Part shown: positions 21,759 to 29,613 of the stretch, piece after piece
Layout of the letters: each line of letters opens with the position of its first letter
How positions within the stretch are numbered: the first letter of the stretch is position 1
NCBI GenBank assembly: GCA_022646745.1
Contig: CP060262.1
Coordinates: forward strand, 2,580,001-2,612,000
Length of the DNA stretch: 32,000 bases
Source of the DNA: Planctomycetales bacterium
GTDB taxonomy: Bacteria; 4484-113; JAFGCY01
Reading direction: 5' to 3'
Made by a program: the position numbers and the translations under genes
Notes under the pieces: generated by a model
Databases searched by the model: none
Told to the model about the DNA's origin: nothing
What the model saw: the letters and a program-made list of their open reading frames with translations, nothing else

Positions 21759-22711
21759 GGTTGCTGTAGGTCAATCCGCCTGATTTCTATTCCGCGGGAC
21801 GCCAGTTCCGTTAGGCACTCATCCAGCGTGCCGGAAAGCTCAAGGTTCAGACCACCTTCAAGCCTGCTCAGCACCCGGTAGGTTTCGCCGGATACCAACT
21901 CATTCGGGCTGAGGTCCCTGTTGCGGTAGTAAACGCTGATGGCAGTGCTGCTGCTCAGCTTCTGCATCCCCGTAGAAATCCCATCCTGGCTTTCAATGTG
22001 TCTGATCCTTATCGGGCGGCCTCGTTCCAGCAAGGCAATGTCCCGCAGGTCCGGCAATTCCGCCGCAGTCCGGCCGGCGGTGAGCAGCAGGAAGTCCTGC
22101 TGGTGCACCGCAAATGACTGGAGCATCCTGGATGCCAGCCGGCAGAAATGGTCGTCAAGGTATGTCAGGTGCCCATCAAGGATCCGCAGCGGTCCCGCCA
22201 TATGGACCGCCATGGCGATCTGCACGATCAGCAGCTCATGGTGGGGCAGGCGGCTGAGCGGCTGGTCAGCGATGTCAGCGTGGTGGCTGGAGATCATCGC
22301 CAGGCATTCGTCCGCCGCATTTGCCGCGGACCCACTGCAGCTCAGCTCATATTCGACGTATTCCTCCACGGACTCTTCGTCACGGATGGCAACGGCTGCA
22401 TCCGCATACCAGACCTGTCCACCGGCACGGTTAACCGGCTCCCCCATGATCGTCGTCTCCCCGGCGCTTGTGCGGATCCGGCCGGTCAGGATGGAGGAAA
22501 GCAGTGTCTTGCCGGTGCCATTGCCTCCGAGCAGCAGGTAGATGCCCGGGTCAGGCATCTGCCACGAGAATTCCCTGAGAAGTTCGTCCTCCCCCCTGCC
22601 GAGGCTGACCGCATTGAACTCAATCACTGCCAGATTATATCGGACTGGCCAGATCTGGACAGGTGTTAGTATGTTCCCGACAAAGGGTAATGTTCTTGGT
22701 TGATGTGCCAT
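21755..22711 (-). CDS. Orphan ABC-type ATPase with intact Walker A but degenerate signature, Walker B Glu and H-loop
   Basis: Walker A is LLGGNGTGKT. The expected LSGGQ reads LSRLP. Walker B reads LRILDGH (Asp kept, catalytic Glu replaced by Gly). The H-loop region reads LLLTAGR. The C-terminal approximately 90 aa resemble the extra domain of ABC-2-type ATPases. No permease gene is adjacent. ATG 22711 (the track start 22714 is a GTG). Confidence 0.78.
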   Translation of the reverse strand: MAHQPRTLPFVGNILTPVQIWPVRYNLAVIEFNAVSLGRGEDELLREFSWQMPDPGIYLLLGGNGTGKTLLSSILTGRIRTSAGETTIMGEPVNRAGGQVWYADAAVAIRDEESVEEYVEYELSCSGSAANAADECLAMISSHHADIADQPLSRLPHHELLIVQIAMAVHMAGPLRILDGHLTYLDDHFCRLASRMLQSFAVHQQDFLLLTAGRTAAELPDLRDIALLERGRPIRIRHIESQDGISTGMQKLSSSTAISVYYRNRDLSPNELVSGETYRVLSRLEGGLNLELSGTLDECLTELASRGIEIRRIDLQQP

Positions 22712-22755
22712 CACTGGTGTGTATGCAGTGACGCCTCAGCCAACCGGCAGTTTCT

Positions 22756-22791
22756 CCACATACGGGAGGCAACATTCCCTGCCGTATGTGG
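22756..22791. repeat. Inverted repeat: 14-bp arms with 1 mismatch (10 bp perfect: CCACATACGG / CCGTATGTGG) around an 8-nt spacer
   Basis: Left arm 22756-22769 is ccacatacgggagg; right arm 22778-22791 is cctgccgtatgtgg. It sits in the 128-nt divergent gap between the ATPase and the giant lipoprotein gene. Confidence 0.8.
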
Positions 22792-22839
22792 AAGGCCCAG
22801 AGATTGCCTTCCATAATCTTCTGGTTAGAGGAGAGTGTC

Positions 22840-25800
22840 ATGAAACACTTTTCCACCTTTCTGCTAATTGCGGCAATACTAGTTTCCGTAGCCGCATGTG
22901 GCGGGAATTCTTCCGTCCCCGGACCGGCCGGACCGACGGATGACAACAGCCAGGCAAGCTACAGCCTGGTCAGCAGCGACGGCTTCACGCTGAAGGTCCT
23001 GGACAGCAGTTTCCTGTTCGGGGACCGGGCGCAGTTCAGCCTGTCGGTCAGCGAAACGGACGGTCTCAGCACCGTCACCGTGGCAACGGATGCCACTGAC
23101 CTGCGCGGCTTGCACATGCAGCTGGACTATGACAGCAATGCACTGCATCCCGTCGATGCCAGCATGGACAGCTGGCCGGAATTCAATAATGACAACCAGC
23201 TCAGCCTGGTCGTGTCCGACGTGCCGGGCAGCGTCTACATGGGCAGCACAATCGTCCACCCGCAGAGCAATCCCGGTGCGAATGGCCGCTTCAGTGTTGC
23301 CAGTGTCAGCTTTGCCGCCGGTGGGTCACTGGGTGAGCGGCGGATCTCCGCCGTGCCTGCGGGCAGCGGCAGCCGGATTCCTGACCTGAGCGTCAATGCC
23401 GGAAACGGCGATGTGAGCTTCAGCTACAACAACGTCGGAGACTACGACCAGAACAGCGTCGTTGGCATTGCTGACATCACGCCACTGGGAGTCAACTTCA
23501 ACGCGGACCCCGCCGATGGTGACAAGTACCCGTTTGAAAGCGCGCTGTCCATCGTGGACGGCGACTCCAACGGCCTGATCACCCTGGCGGACATCACCCC
23601 GATCGGTGTCAACTTCGGCAACCAGATCGAGAGCTGGACGCTTTACGGTGGTGTGGCGGATGACTATCCGGCGGATGCCGCATCTGGCAACGGTGAGGCT
23701 TCCGCGCTCGGCACGGTGGCCTTCGCCGATGACACCGGAGCGAGCAAGGCGCAGTTCCGCAGCCGTTACGAAGTCAACATGTCGGACATCGTCGGCAGCG
23801 GCGCCGTCAGCTTCTGGCTGCGCCCGGTCAGCGAGTCTACCGAGGGCATCAGCTCGAACCTCAACGGCGAAGGCGGTGTTGATACCGATCCGCCGTTCTG
23901 GGTCGGTGGTGCGCCTGAGGATGCCGGTGTGATGAGCGTGGTTCCCGGGGATGGCAATGTACGTGTCAACTGGTATGAAGCTGACGACACGCTCAACTGG
24001 CCCGGAACCTACACCGTCTACTGGAACGAGGGCAGCACGGTCGACTTCGGCACTGCCTCCACGATGGAGGTCGCCGGGCTGGCCAAGGACGATGAGGAGG
24101 CCGGCAGTGAGCAGACCGCCATCATCCCAGGCCTGACGAATGATACGGAGTATGCCTTCGCGGTCCGTGCCAGCGATGCCGCTGACCCGGCTAACCAGGA
24201 AGACAACAGCGTGATGCTCAGTGCGACCCCGCACGCCAGCCAGGAACTGCCGTCCACCATCGACAGCGACCTGACAATCGACGGGCCGGCGACCATCGGG
24301 CTTGGCAACACCGTTGACTTCAGCAACGATGCCGTGCTCACAGTGAACGGCGACCTGACCATCGCCGGCACACTGCAGGGCGGCGATACTGACATCTGCA
24401 TCATCGTGAAGGGAGACCTCGTTGTCACGGGTGAGATCGTGCAGCAGCTGCCTGATGAGCCGGCGGTTCCCGCTGACGATGCCAAGTCAGTCAAGATCGT
24501 GGCTGAAGGCAATGCGGACTTTGACGGTGATCCGTTTGATGTGAACGGCAACCTGATGATCGTCAGTGACGAGGATGACCTGCTTACCCCTGAGCAGGCA
24601 GAGGACGACATCGTCAATGGTGCCTTCGATGAGTTTGACTTCACCTTCATGCCCCTGGAGGAAGAGCAGCAGGCGAACGGCGTGAGCAGCGTGAACCGCG
24701 GCGCCAGCAACCACATCGTGTACTACGGCCCGAAATGGACCTGGCACATGAAGAAGGACTGGAAGAAGATCCCGGTCCAGCCGCACCATGTCAAGCGCGT
24801 CGTCCTGACCGTATACCAGCGACGCGGTCAGATCAAGGCCACCGACTGGAACATCTCGGGACCAGATGGCCGCGATGGCGGAGCGGTAACCCAGTGTGAC
24901 ACCGCAGTTGGAGAGGATGGTGAGGACAACCGATTCTCCCTGCGCATGCATGCCAGCAAGGCAATCACCTTCAATAACGCGACCATCACGATGGGCAGCG
25001 GCGGAGACGGTGGTGATGCCAATGCGCTGGGCTGCTGCCCGACGGCCACCGCCACAGGTGGCAACGGAGGCAAGCCCAACAACAAGTACCGCATCACGGC
25101 AGGGAACAACATCGTTATCCAGAACAACTTCACGATGAACCCCGGCTGGGGCGGCAATGGTGGTACTGCCACCGCCACTGGCGGAAACGGAATTGACGGC
25201 TGTCCGGCAACCGACGGCTGCGATGCCGTTGCAACAGGCGGCAAGGGCGGCGACGTCCCGCTGTGGGGCATGCGCGTGCGCGGCAACGTGTTCGGCGGTG
25301 CCAGCATCGTGCTGGGCAAGGCCTTTGGTGGTGACGGTGGTGTCGGTGATGCCACCGGAGGTGACGGTGGCAATGACACCTGCTGCATGACCGCAGGGGA
25401 CGGTGGCGATGCCACTGCAACCGGTGGCAAGGGCGGGCTGGCCAACTACACGGCCGGCTCCGGCTTCACCGGCACCAACAATGGTGCGGAGTCCGGCACC
25501 GGTGGTGATGCATTTGCCACCGGCGGCAATGGTGGTGACGGTGCGGACTGCTTCAAGGCGCAGGCCGGCAATGGCGGCGACGGCGGTGACGCATCCGCTG
25601 ACGGCGGCCTGAAGGGCGACGTCACCGGCCTGGCAACGGCCGGCAAGGATGGCGACGGAGATGCCATCGGCGGCGACGGTGGTAATGGTGGCGATGGCTT
25701 CCCGGTCGGTGCCGGCGGCATCGGTGGAGTGGCGACTGCCACAGGTGATACTGCCAATGAGCTGGACGGCCTTGATGGTGCGAATGGCATTGAGTGGCCG

Positions 25801-26412
25801 ACAGGAGGCCTGTGGATCTGGTGCATCGACATTCCGACCTTCCTGCCCGATCCCGGTACCTTCCCCGGCCCCGGTGACCCGGCCGTGCCGCTGCCTGATG
25901 GCACCACCGGTACGGTGGACCTGCTTGACAGCAGCAACATGCAGAAGATCGGCACTGTGCCGTTCACGGTGCATGACAGCACAAATGCACCTGGTTCCGG
26001 CATCTTCCTGAGCACCAACAACGATGTGCCGACTTCACCGCGTCCGCAGATCCAGATGCACAACAACGACATGCCGGACAGCGAGATGTGGATTGAGATA
26101 GAGCTGACCCAGCTTTCTCTGGACAGTTCACTGCCTGTCAACGTGCTTGGCAACAGCTTTGAGATCAGCCAGGCCGGGTTCTTCGTGCCGAGCGAGATCC
26201 CGGGCTTCATCAACTACTTCGAACCGGACCCGTTCCTGCCCCTGGGTGGTGCGGCATTCCCGCCGGTGCCATACGTGCCGGGTGAGGCATTCCCGTTCGA
26301 GGTGATCCCGGACCCGGCCCTGCCGGCGGGACAGCCGAGCTTCAACTTCTCCATCAACGTGGCACCGCTGTGCTACCTGGAGTTCTTCACGATCTACATC
26401 ATTGATCCGTAG
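22840..26412 (+). CDS. 1190-aa multidomain surface lipoprotein (cohesin-like, 2 dockerin-like repeats, FN3-like, beta-helix-like, Gly-rich array)
   Basis: GAGGAGAG SD, then ATG 22840. MKHFSTFLLIAAILVSVAACGGNSS is a lipoprotein signal. LRGLHMQLDYDSNAL is cohesin-like. DYDQNSVVGIADITPLGVNF and DGDSNGLITLADITPIGVNF are dockerin/EF-hand-like. VRVNWYEADD...EYAFAVRASD is FN3-like. Domain names are by-eye assignments. Confidence 0.85.
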   Translation: MKHFSTFLLIAAILVSVAACGGNSSVPGPAGPTDDNSQASYSLVSSDGFTLKVLDSSFLFGDRAQFSLSVSETDGLSTVTVATDATDLRGLHMQLDYDSNALHPVDASMDSWPEFNNDNQLSLVVSDVPGSVYMGSTIVHPQSNPGANGRFSVASVSFAAGGSLGERRISAVPAGSGSRIPDLSVNAGNGDVSFSYNNVGDYDQNSVVGIADITPLGVNFNADPADGDKYPFESALSIVDGDSNGLITLADITPIGVNFGNQIESWTLYGGVADDYPADAASGNGEASALGTVAFADDTGASKAQFRSRYEVNMSDIVGSGAVSFWLRPVSESTEGISSNLNGEGGVDTDPPFWVGGAPEDAGVMSVVPGDGNVRVNWYEADDTLNWPGTYTVYWNEGSTVDFGTASTMEVAGLAKDDEEAGSEQTAIIPGLTNDTEYAFAVRASDAADPANQEDNSVMLSATPHASQELPSTIDSDLTIDGPATIGLGNTVDFSNDAVLTVNGDLTIAGTLQGGDTDICIIVKGDLVVTGEIVQQLPDEPAVPADDAKSVKIVAEGNADFDGDPFDVNGNLMIVSDEDDLLTPEQAEDDIVNGAFDEFDFTFMPLEEEQQANGVSSVNRGASNHIVYYGPKWTWHMKKDWKKIPVQPHHVKRVVLTVYQRRGQIKATDWNISGPDGRDGGAVTQCDTAVGEDGEDNRFSLRMHASKAITFNNATITMGSGGDGGDANALGCCPTATATGGNGGKPNNKYRITAGNNIVIQNNFTMNPGWGGNGGTATATGGNGIDGCPATDGCDAVATGGKGGDVPLWGMRVRGNVFGGASIVLGKAFGGDGGVGDATGGDGGNDTCCMTAGDGGDATATGGKGGLANYTAGSGFTGTNNGAESGTGGDAFATGGNGGDGADCFKAQAGNGGDGGDASADGGLKGDVTGLATAGKDGDGDAIGGDGGNGGDGFPVGAGGIGGVATATGDTANELDGLDGANGIEWPTGGLWIWCIDIPTFLPDPGTFPGPGDPAVPLPDGTTGTVDLLDSSNMQKIGTVPFTVHDSTNAPGSGIFLSTNNDVPTSPRPQIQMHNNDMPDSEMWIEIELTQLSLDSSLPVNVLGNSFEISQAGFFVPSEIPGFINYFEPDPFLPLGGAAFPPVPYVPGEAFPFEVIPDPALPAGQPSFNFSINVAPLCYLEFFTIYIIDP
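24991..25800 (+). repeat. Coding Gly-rich degenerate repeat array (GG[DN]GG-x-A-x-ATGG-x-GG units) interrupted by short Cys-containing inserts
   Basis: Protein segment SGGDGGDANALGCCPTATATGGNGG ... GGNGGTATATGGNGIDGCPATDGCDAVATGGKGG ... GGDGGNDTCCMTAGDGGDATATGGKGG ... ATGGNGGDGADCFKAQAGNGGDGGDA ... GGDGGNGGDG ... GGVATATGD. Confidence 0.8.
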
Positions 26413-26434
26413 ATAGCAAGATCGATGCATGCGA

Positions 26435-26470
26435 AAGGCCCCCGGGAATCCCGGGGGCCTTGTTTGTTTC
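26435..26470. terminator. Rho-independent terminator between convergent genes (strong for the + gene)
   Basis: An 11-bp GC-rich stem aaggcccccgg / ccgggggcctt (26435-26445 / 26451-26461) with a 5-nt loop, followed by gtttgtttc. It lies 23 nt after the 26412 stop. A second small hairpin (cggaac-cgag-gttccg) is at 26477-26492. Confidence 0.78.
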
Positions 26471-26515
26471 TAGGGCCGGAACCGAGGTTCCGACCGTCCA
26501 TGTGGAATGGCAGGA

Positions 26516-28036
26516 TCAGGCTCCGCCGCCAGCGTTGCCATCAGCGGGATGGCCGAAGAAGTCACGGCGGTCCGGAGGATTGAAGCCGTTGATCACGACT
26601 TCATGGACGTCGGGCACAAACTCCATGCCCTGCAGGAAGGCGCGCAGCATGTAGGTGCCCTCCGGCAGGTCCTCGAAGTTGTAATGTCCCAGTGCATCCG
26701 TGGTGGTGGTGATGGCGTTGTCAGGATCACCGAGTGGGTTGACGCGGATTGTCACGCCTTCCAGCGGGATGACGGGAGGCAGTTCGGACTCCGGCGGGTT
26801 AAGTGCCACGGCAAATCCGTGCACGCGGTGGAAGATCGCTTCCGGGGCCGCATTGAAGTGCATGTCCACATGCACCTGCTCAGTCAGGTCGGCCAGGCGG
26901 GCCGGCGGGAAGAACTTCAGTTCCTCGTTGAGCGGCACCACGAGGTACTTGCCGGGAGGCAGGTCGCGGTAGAGGAACTTGCCTTCCTGGTTGGTCGGGC
27001 GGATCATCTGTTCACCAAAGCCGAGCAGGCCGACGGCAATCCCCGGAATCGGCTCACCATTGATGCCGGTGATCTGTCCCGTTATGATGCCGGGCTCCGC
27101 ACCGCCGCCGGCGAAGCCGCTGTCAACATTGCTGAAGCAACTCTCGCCGTTGGGATTGACGGAACGGACGCGGTAGAAGAACAGCTTGAAGTCCGGGGCA
27201 TGGGTATCGAGGAAATGTGTCTGCTGGGTCTCGCCGATCAGCTTCCATTCGGCCTCGGGGTTGGTGTCCCGGCGGAACACCTGGAAGCCCGCATTGTCAT
27301 TGCCAGCCAGCCAGTCCAGCTTGACGGCATCCGGCACCTGGCCATCGCTGGCGACAAGGTGGTTCGGGCAGCCCGGCTGCTCATCGCCCTCCGGGGCACC
27401 GCAGATCATGGTGGTCTTCGCATGGTCGGCGATGCTGCCCTCAGGCGCGAGGATCAGGAAGTACAGGTTGCCAAGCCGTGTGCTGAACTGCTTGTTCGGC
27501 CCGGCCAGATCCAGCTGGAATTCCGGCATGTTGACCGGCCCGAACCACTGCCAGCGCAGGTCCGTGTAATTGGCGACTGCCACGAAGTACGGTTCATTCA
27601 ATGCGGATGGAGTGCACTCGATGTTGAGGGACAGCGGCCTCGTGCCGGGCTCGCAGCTCAGCTGGTACATGCCGTAGGCATAGTTGCCCTGGTCGGACTG
27701 CACACTGCCTTCACCGGCTCCGACCAGCAGGTCTGTGCCGTCCACCAGCGAGCCCTCCTGCAGGATGTATTCACTGCCCAGCACTTCCGTCAGGGAGATG
27801 TCCCAGGCTGATGTGCTGCGCTCGCCCGTCTCCTCCTCGGGGATCACCGGCAGGCCGGTCGTGTCACTGTCCGGTTCATATGTGGACAGGTCGATTGCCG
27901 ATAGTGAGTTGCCAGTGTCTGCCGCCAGCAGATCCCCAACCGCCGAATCCTCCGCCAGCTGGGATCCACCGCAGGCGGTGGCCATTACCACCGCGCAGCA
28001 GACAATCAAAGTTCCGATATGCTTCAAGATTCCCAT
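26516..28036 (-). CDS. 506-aa lipoprotein with an FN3-like domain and two carboxypeptidase-regulatory-like (CarboxypepD_reg) beta-sandwich domains
   Basis: AGGAGG lies 7 nt upstream of ATG 28036. MGILKHIGTLIVCCAVVMATACGGSQ carries a lipobox. LDWLAGNDNAGFQVFRR...FFYRVRSVNPNGES is FN3-like. ITGQITGINGEPIPGIAVGL...EGKFLYRDLPPGKYLVV and LEGVTIRVNP...ALGHYNFEDLPEGTYMLRA are CarboxypepD_reg-like. Confidence 0.84.
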   Translation of the reverse strand: MGILKHIGTLIVCCAVVMATACGGSQLAEDSAVGDLLAADTGNSLSAIDLSTYEPDSDTTGLPVIPEEETGERSTSAWDISLTEVLGSEYILQEGSLVDGTDLLVGAGEGSVQSDQGNYAYGMYQLSCEPGTRPLSLNIECTPSALNEPYFVAVANYTDLRWQWFGPVNMPEFQLDLAGPNKQFSTRLGNLYFLILAPEGSIADHAKTTMICGAPEGDEQPGCPNHLVASDGQVPDAVKLDWLAGNDNAGFQVFRRDTNPEAEWKLIGETQQTHFLDTHAPDFKLFFYRVRSVNPNGESCFSNVDSGFAGGGAEPGIITGQITGINGEPIPGIAVGLLGFGEQMIRPTNQEGKFLYRDLPPGKYLVVPLNEELKFFPPARLADLTEQVHVDMHFNAAPEAIFHRVHGFAVALNPPESELPPVIPLEGVTIRVNPLGDPDNAITTTTDALGHYNFEDLPEGTYMLRAFLQGMEFVPDVHEVVINGFNPPDRRDFFGHPADGNAGGGA

Positions 28037-28352
28037 CCAGGGCCTCCTGCTTAGGTTTTCCCAAACCTCATGGACAGCACATCGGAGTGAACGGGCGCGG
28101 GGGATAGTTTCAGGCGGTAAGGAAATAAACCGCCGTGTCCGGAGGAGGACCAATTACAGGGACGAAACTGAATGCAGTCCCCCGCCGGACACGGCCTGGC
28201 ATGCTGCCGGGGCAGGGCAGCGGTACCACGGTCCGTAGTGCAGCCTGGCAGGCCTGTTGGATTGACCTGCCAACCACGTTGTCATGATCCCCGGAATCGG
28301 AGTGCTCGCGGGATACCGGTACCGCGGATTCTCAGGGATGCCGGAAGCCGGC

Positions 28353-28381
28353 TTGCGCTGGCCGCCCTGTGTACATATAAT
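28353..28381 (+). promoter_or_regulatory. Candidate promoter TTGCGC - 17 nt - TATAAT, ending 11 nt before the GTG start
   Basis: -35-like at 28353-28358 and perfect TATAAT at 28376-28381, embedded in the small inverted repeat GTACA-TATAATC-TGTAC. No SD before GTG 28393. Confidence 0.35.
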
Positions 28382-28392
28382 CTGTACTGGCT

Positions 28393-29568
28393 GTGAAGAA
28401 AGTGGAAGGACGCGCATTCCGATCCATACTGCCGCTTATCCTGGCGGTTATTGCATTTGTCCTTGGCCTGCTTGCTATCCGCCCCTCAGGCATCTCCGCA
28501 TCACAGCTTCCGGCCAGCGGTATCGCGCTGTATGACAGGCTGGCGACCCAGATCGACCACGACCTGCAGGAGAGTTCCTACAACCTGCTTGTGCCGGATG
28601 ATTACGTGCTGTCCAGTGGCATGCAGCTCAGCAAGGGACTGGTCGGCATCAACCAGCAGGGGATTGCCGCACTCGCCGGGCACTACAGTGAGGACCCGCG
28701 CTACTGGCAGCTTTGCTGGCTGACCCGGGCCCACGGTGGCGAGGCTGCCTACCTGGCGCAGGACCGCTATACCTGCCCGCTCCTGTCCGATGCCTGGCAA
28801 CGCGGCGTTCGCGATGAGGGGATGTGCTTCCTGCTGATGATGCAGTCTGATAGCGAGGAAGGCAGCTCATTCGTTGACAGCGGCCGCAGCCAGTGGGCTG
28901 ACAATTCCTTCTGGCACTATGCCGCAGCGGAGCAGGCGCTGGAGACTGCCGACCTGGCTGGATTCCGGCTGGCCATGGAAGCAGGCAACGCAGCAGTTCG
29001 CAACCAGCGGCCGTTGCCCTGGCCACTCAGTGAACTGGCAGGGAATCCACGCCTGCCGAAGGATGCTGACAGCCTGGCGGTGCAGGGTGTGCTTGCGCAG
29101 ATTGCCCGCAGCCAGCGCGAAGGTGCAATGCGCAGCCCGACTGATCCAACTGAGCTGATCCCTGCGGCTGAAATGGACGTGGCAACGGTTCGGTCCTACC
29201 TCGAAATGCAGCTTCGGCTGGTGGAGATGCAGGGTAACGGACTGGTCCAGCTCTGGCGGCCGAGTGTGTCGATCAGCAGGCTGCTTAATGAGCAGGATCT
29301 GGGTACTGGCTGGGCAGAGCGGGACAGGCAGTGGTTGGAGGAAGTGCGCGGGCGGTACAGGCTGGTGGATGCAGGTGAGCTGCCGGCGATGTATGGCATG
29401 CAGCTGGAAGGCGACGGTGAGCTGGAATTTGGCAAGTCCGATGAGCCGCAAGCGGCATACGTGCGCAACCAGCAAAGCTGGATCAACACACTCAATTCCT
29501 GGAAACTGGACCAGCAGCGCGCTGTGGAGAAGGCAGCACAGTTGCGTGCCATCGTGCAGCGGGACTGA
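28393..29568 (+). CDS. Membrane-anchored (N-terminal signal-anchor) Trp-rich protein, no recognisable family
   Basis: GTG start. MKKVEGRAFRSILPLILAVIAFVLGLLAI is a basic-then-hydrophobic N-terminus. 391 aa with good GC3 bias. The antisense ORF 28867..29685 looks like a shadow. Confidence 0.68.
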   Translation: MKKVEGRAFRSILPLILAVIAFVLGLLAIRPSGISASQLPASGIALYDRLATQIDHDLQESSYNLLVPDDYVLSSGMQLSKGLVGINQQGIAALAGHYSEDPRYWQLCWLTRAHGGEAAYLAQDRYTCPLLSDAWQRGVRDEGMCFLLMMQSDSEEGSSFVDSGRSQWADNSFWHYAAAEQALETADLAGFRLAMEAGNAAVRNQRPLPWPLSELAGNPRLPKDADSLAVQGVLAQIARSQREGAMRSPTDPTELIPAAEMDVATVRSYLEMQLRLVEMQGNGLVQLWRPSVSISRLLNEQDLGTGWAERDRQWLEEVRGRYRLVDAGELPAMYGMQLEGDGELEFGKSDEPQAAYVRNQQSWINTLNSWKLDQQRAVEKAAQLRAIVQRD

Positions 29569-29599
29569 GCAGGTCAGGCCTGGAATCATGCTTCTGATG

Positions 29600-29613
29600 A
29601 TGCGATATCGCAT
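29600..29613. repeat. Perfect 14-bp palindrome ATGCGATATCGCAT
   Basis: Read directly from the sequence. It lies in the 110-nt gap upstream of the zinc-ribbon gene. Confidence 0.85.

Noticed and set aside
24991-25800. Repetitive DNA that might be a CRISPR array, a DGR variable region or a satellite
   Set aside because: The repeats are degenerate, in-frame and coding (Gly-rich units), with no spacer architecture. No reverse transcriptase or template repeat is present in the window.
28300-28375. Possible cobalamin- or TPP-type riboswitch (GGA..GCC..GCCGCCCTGTG on +, CTGAGA on -) in the long GC-rich gap
   Set aside because: The core conserved elements are absent (B12 box GCCACTG with the GGTG/AATCC context; TPP ACCTGATCTGG). 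The flanking genes have no link to those cofactors.
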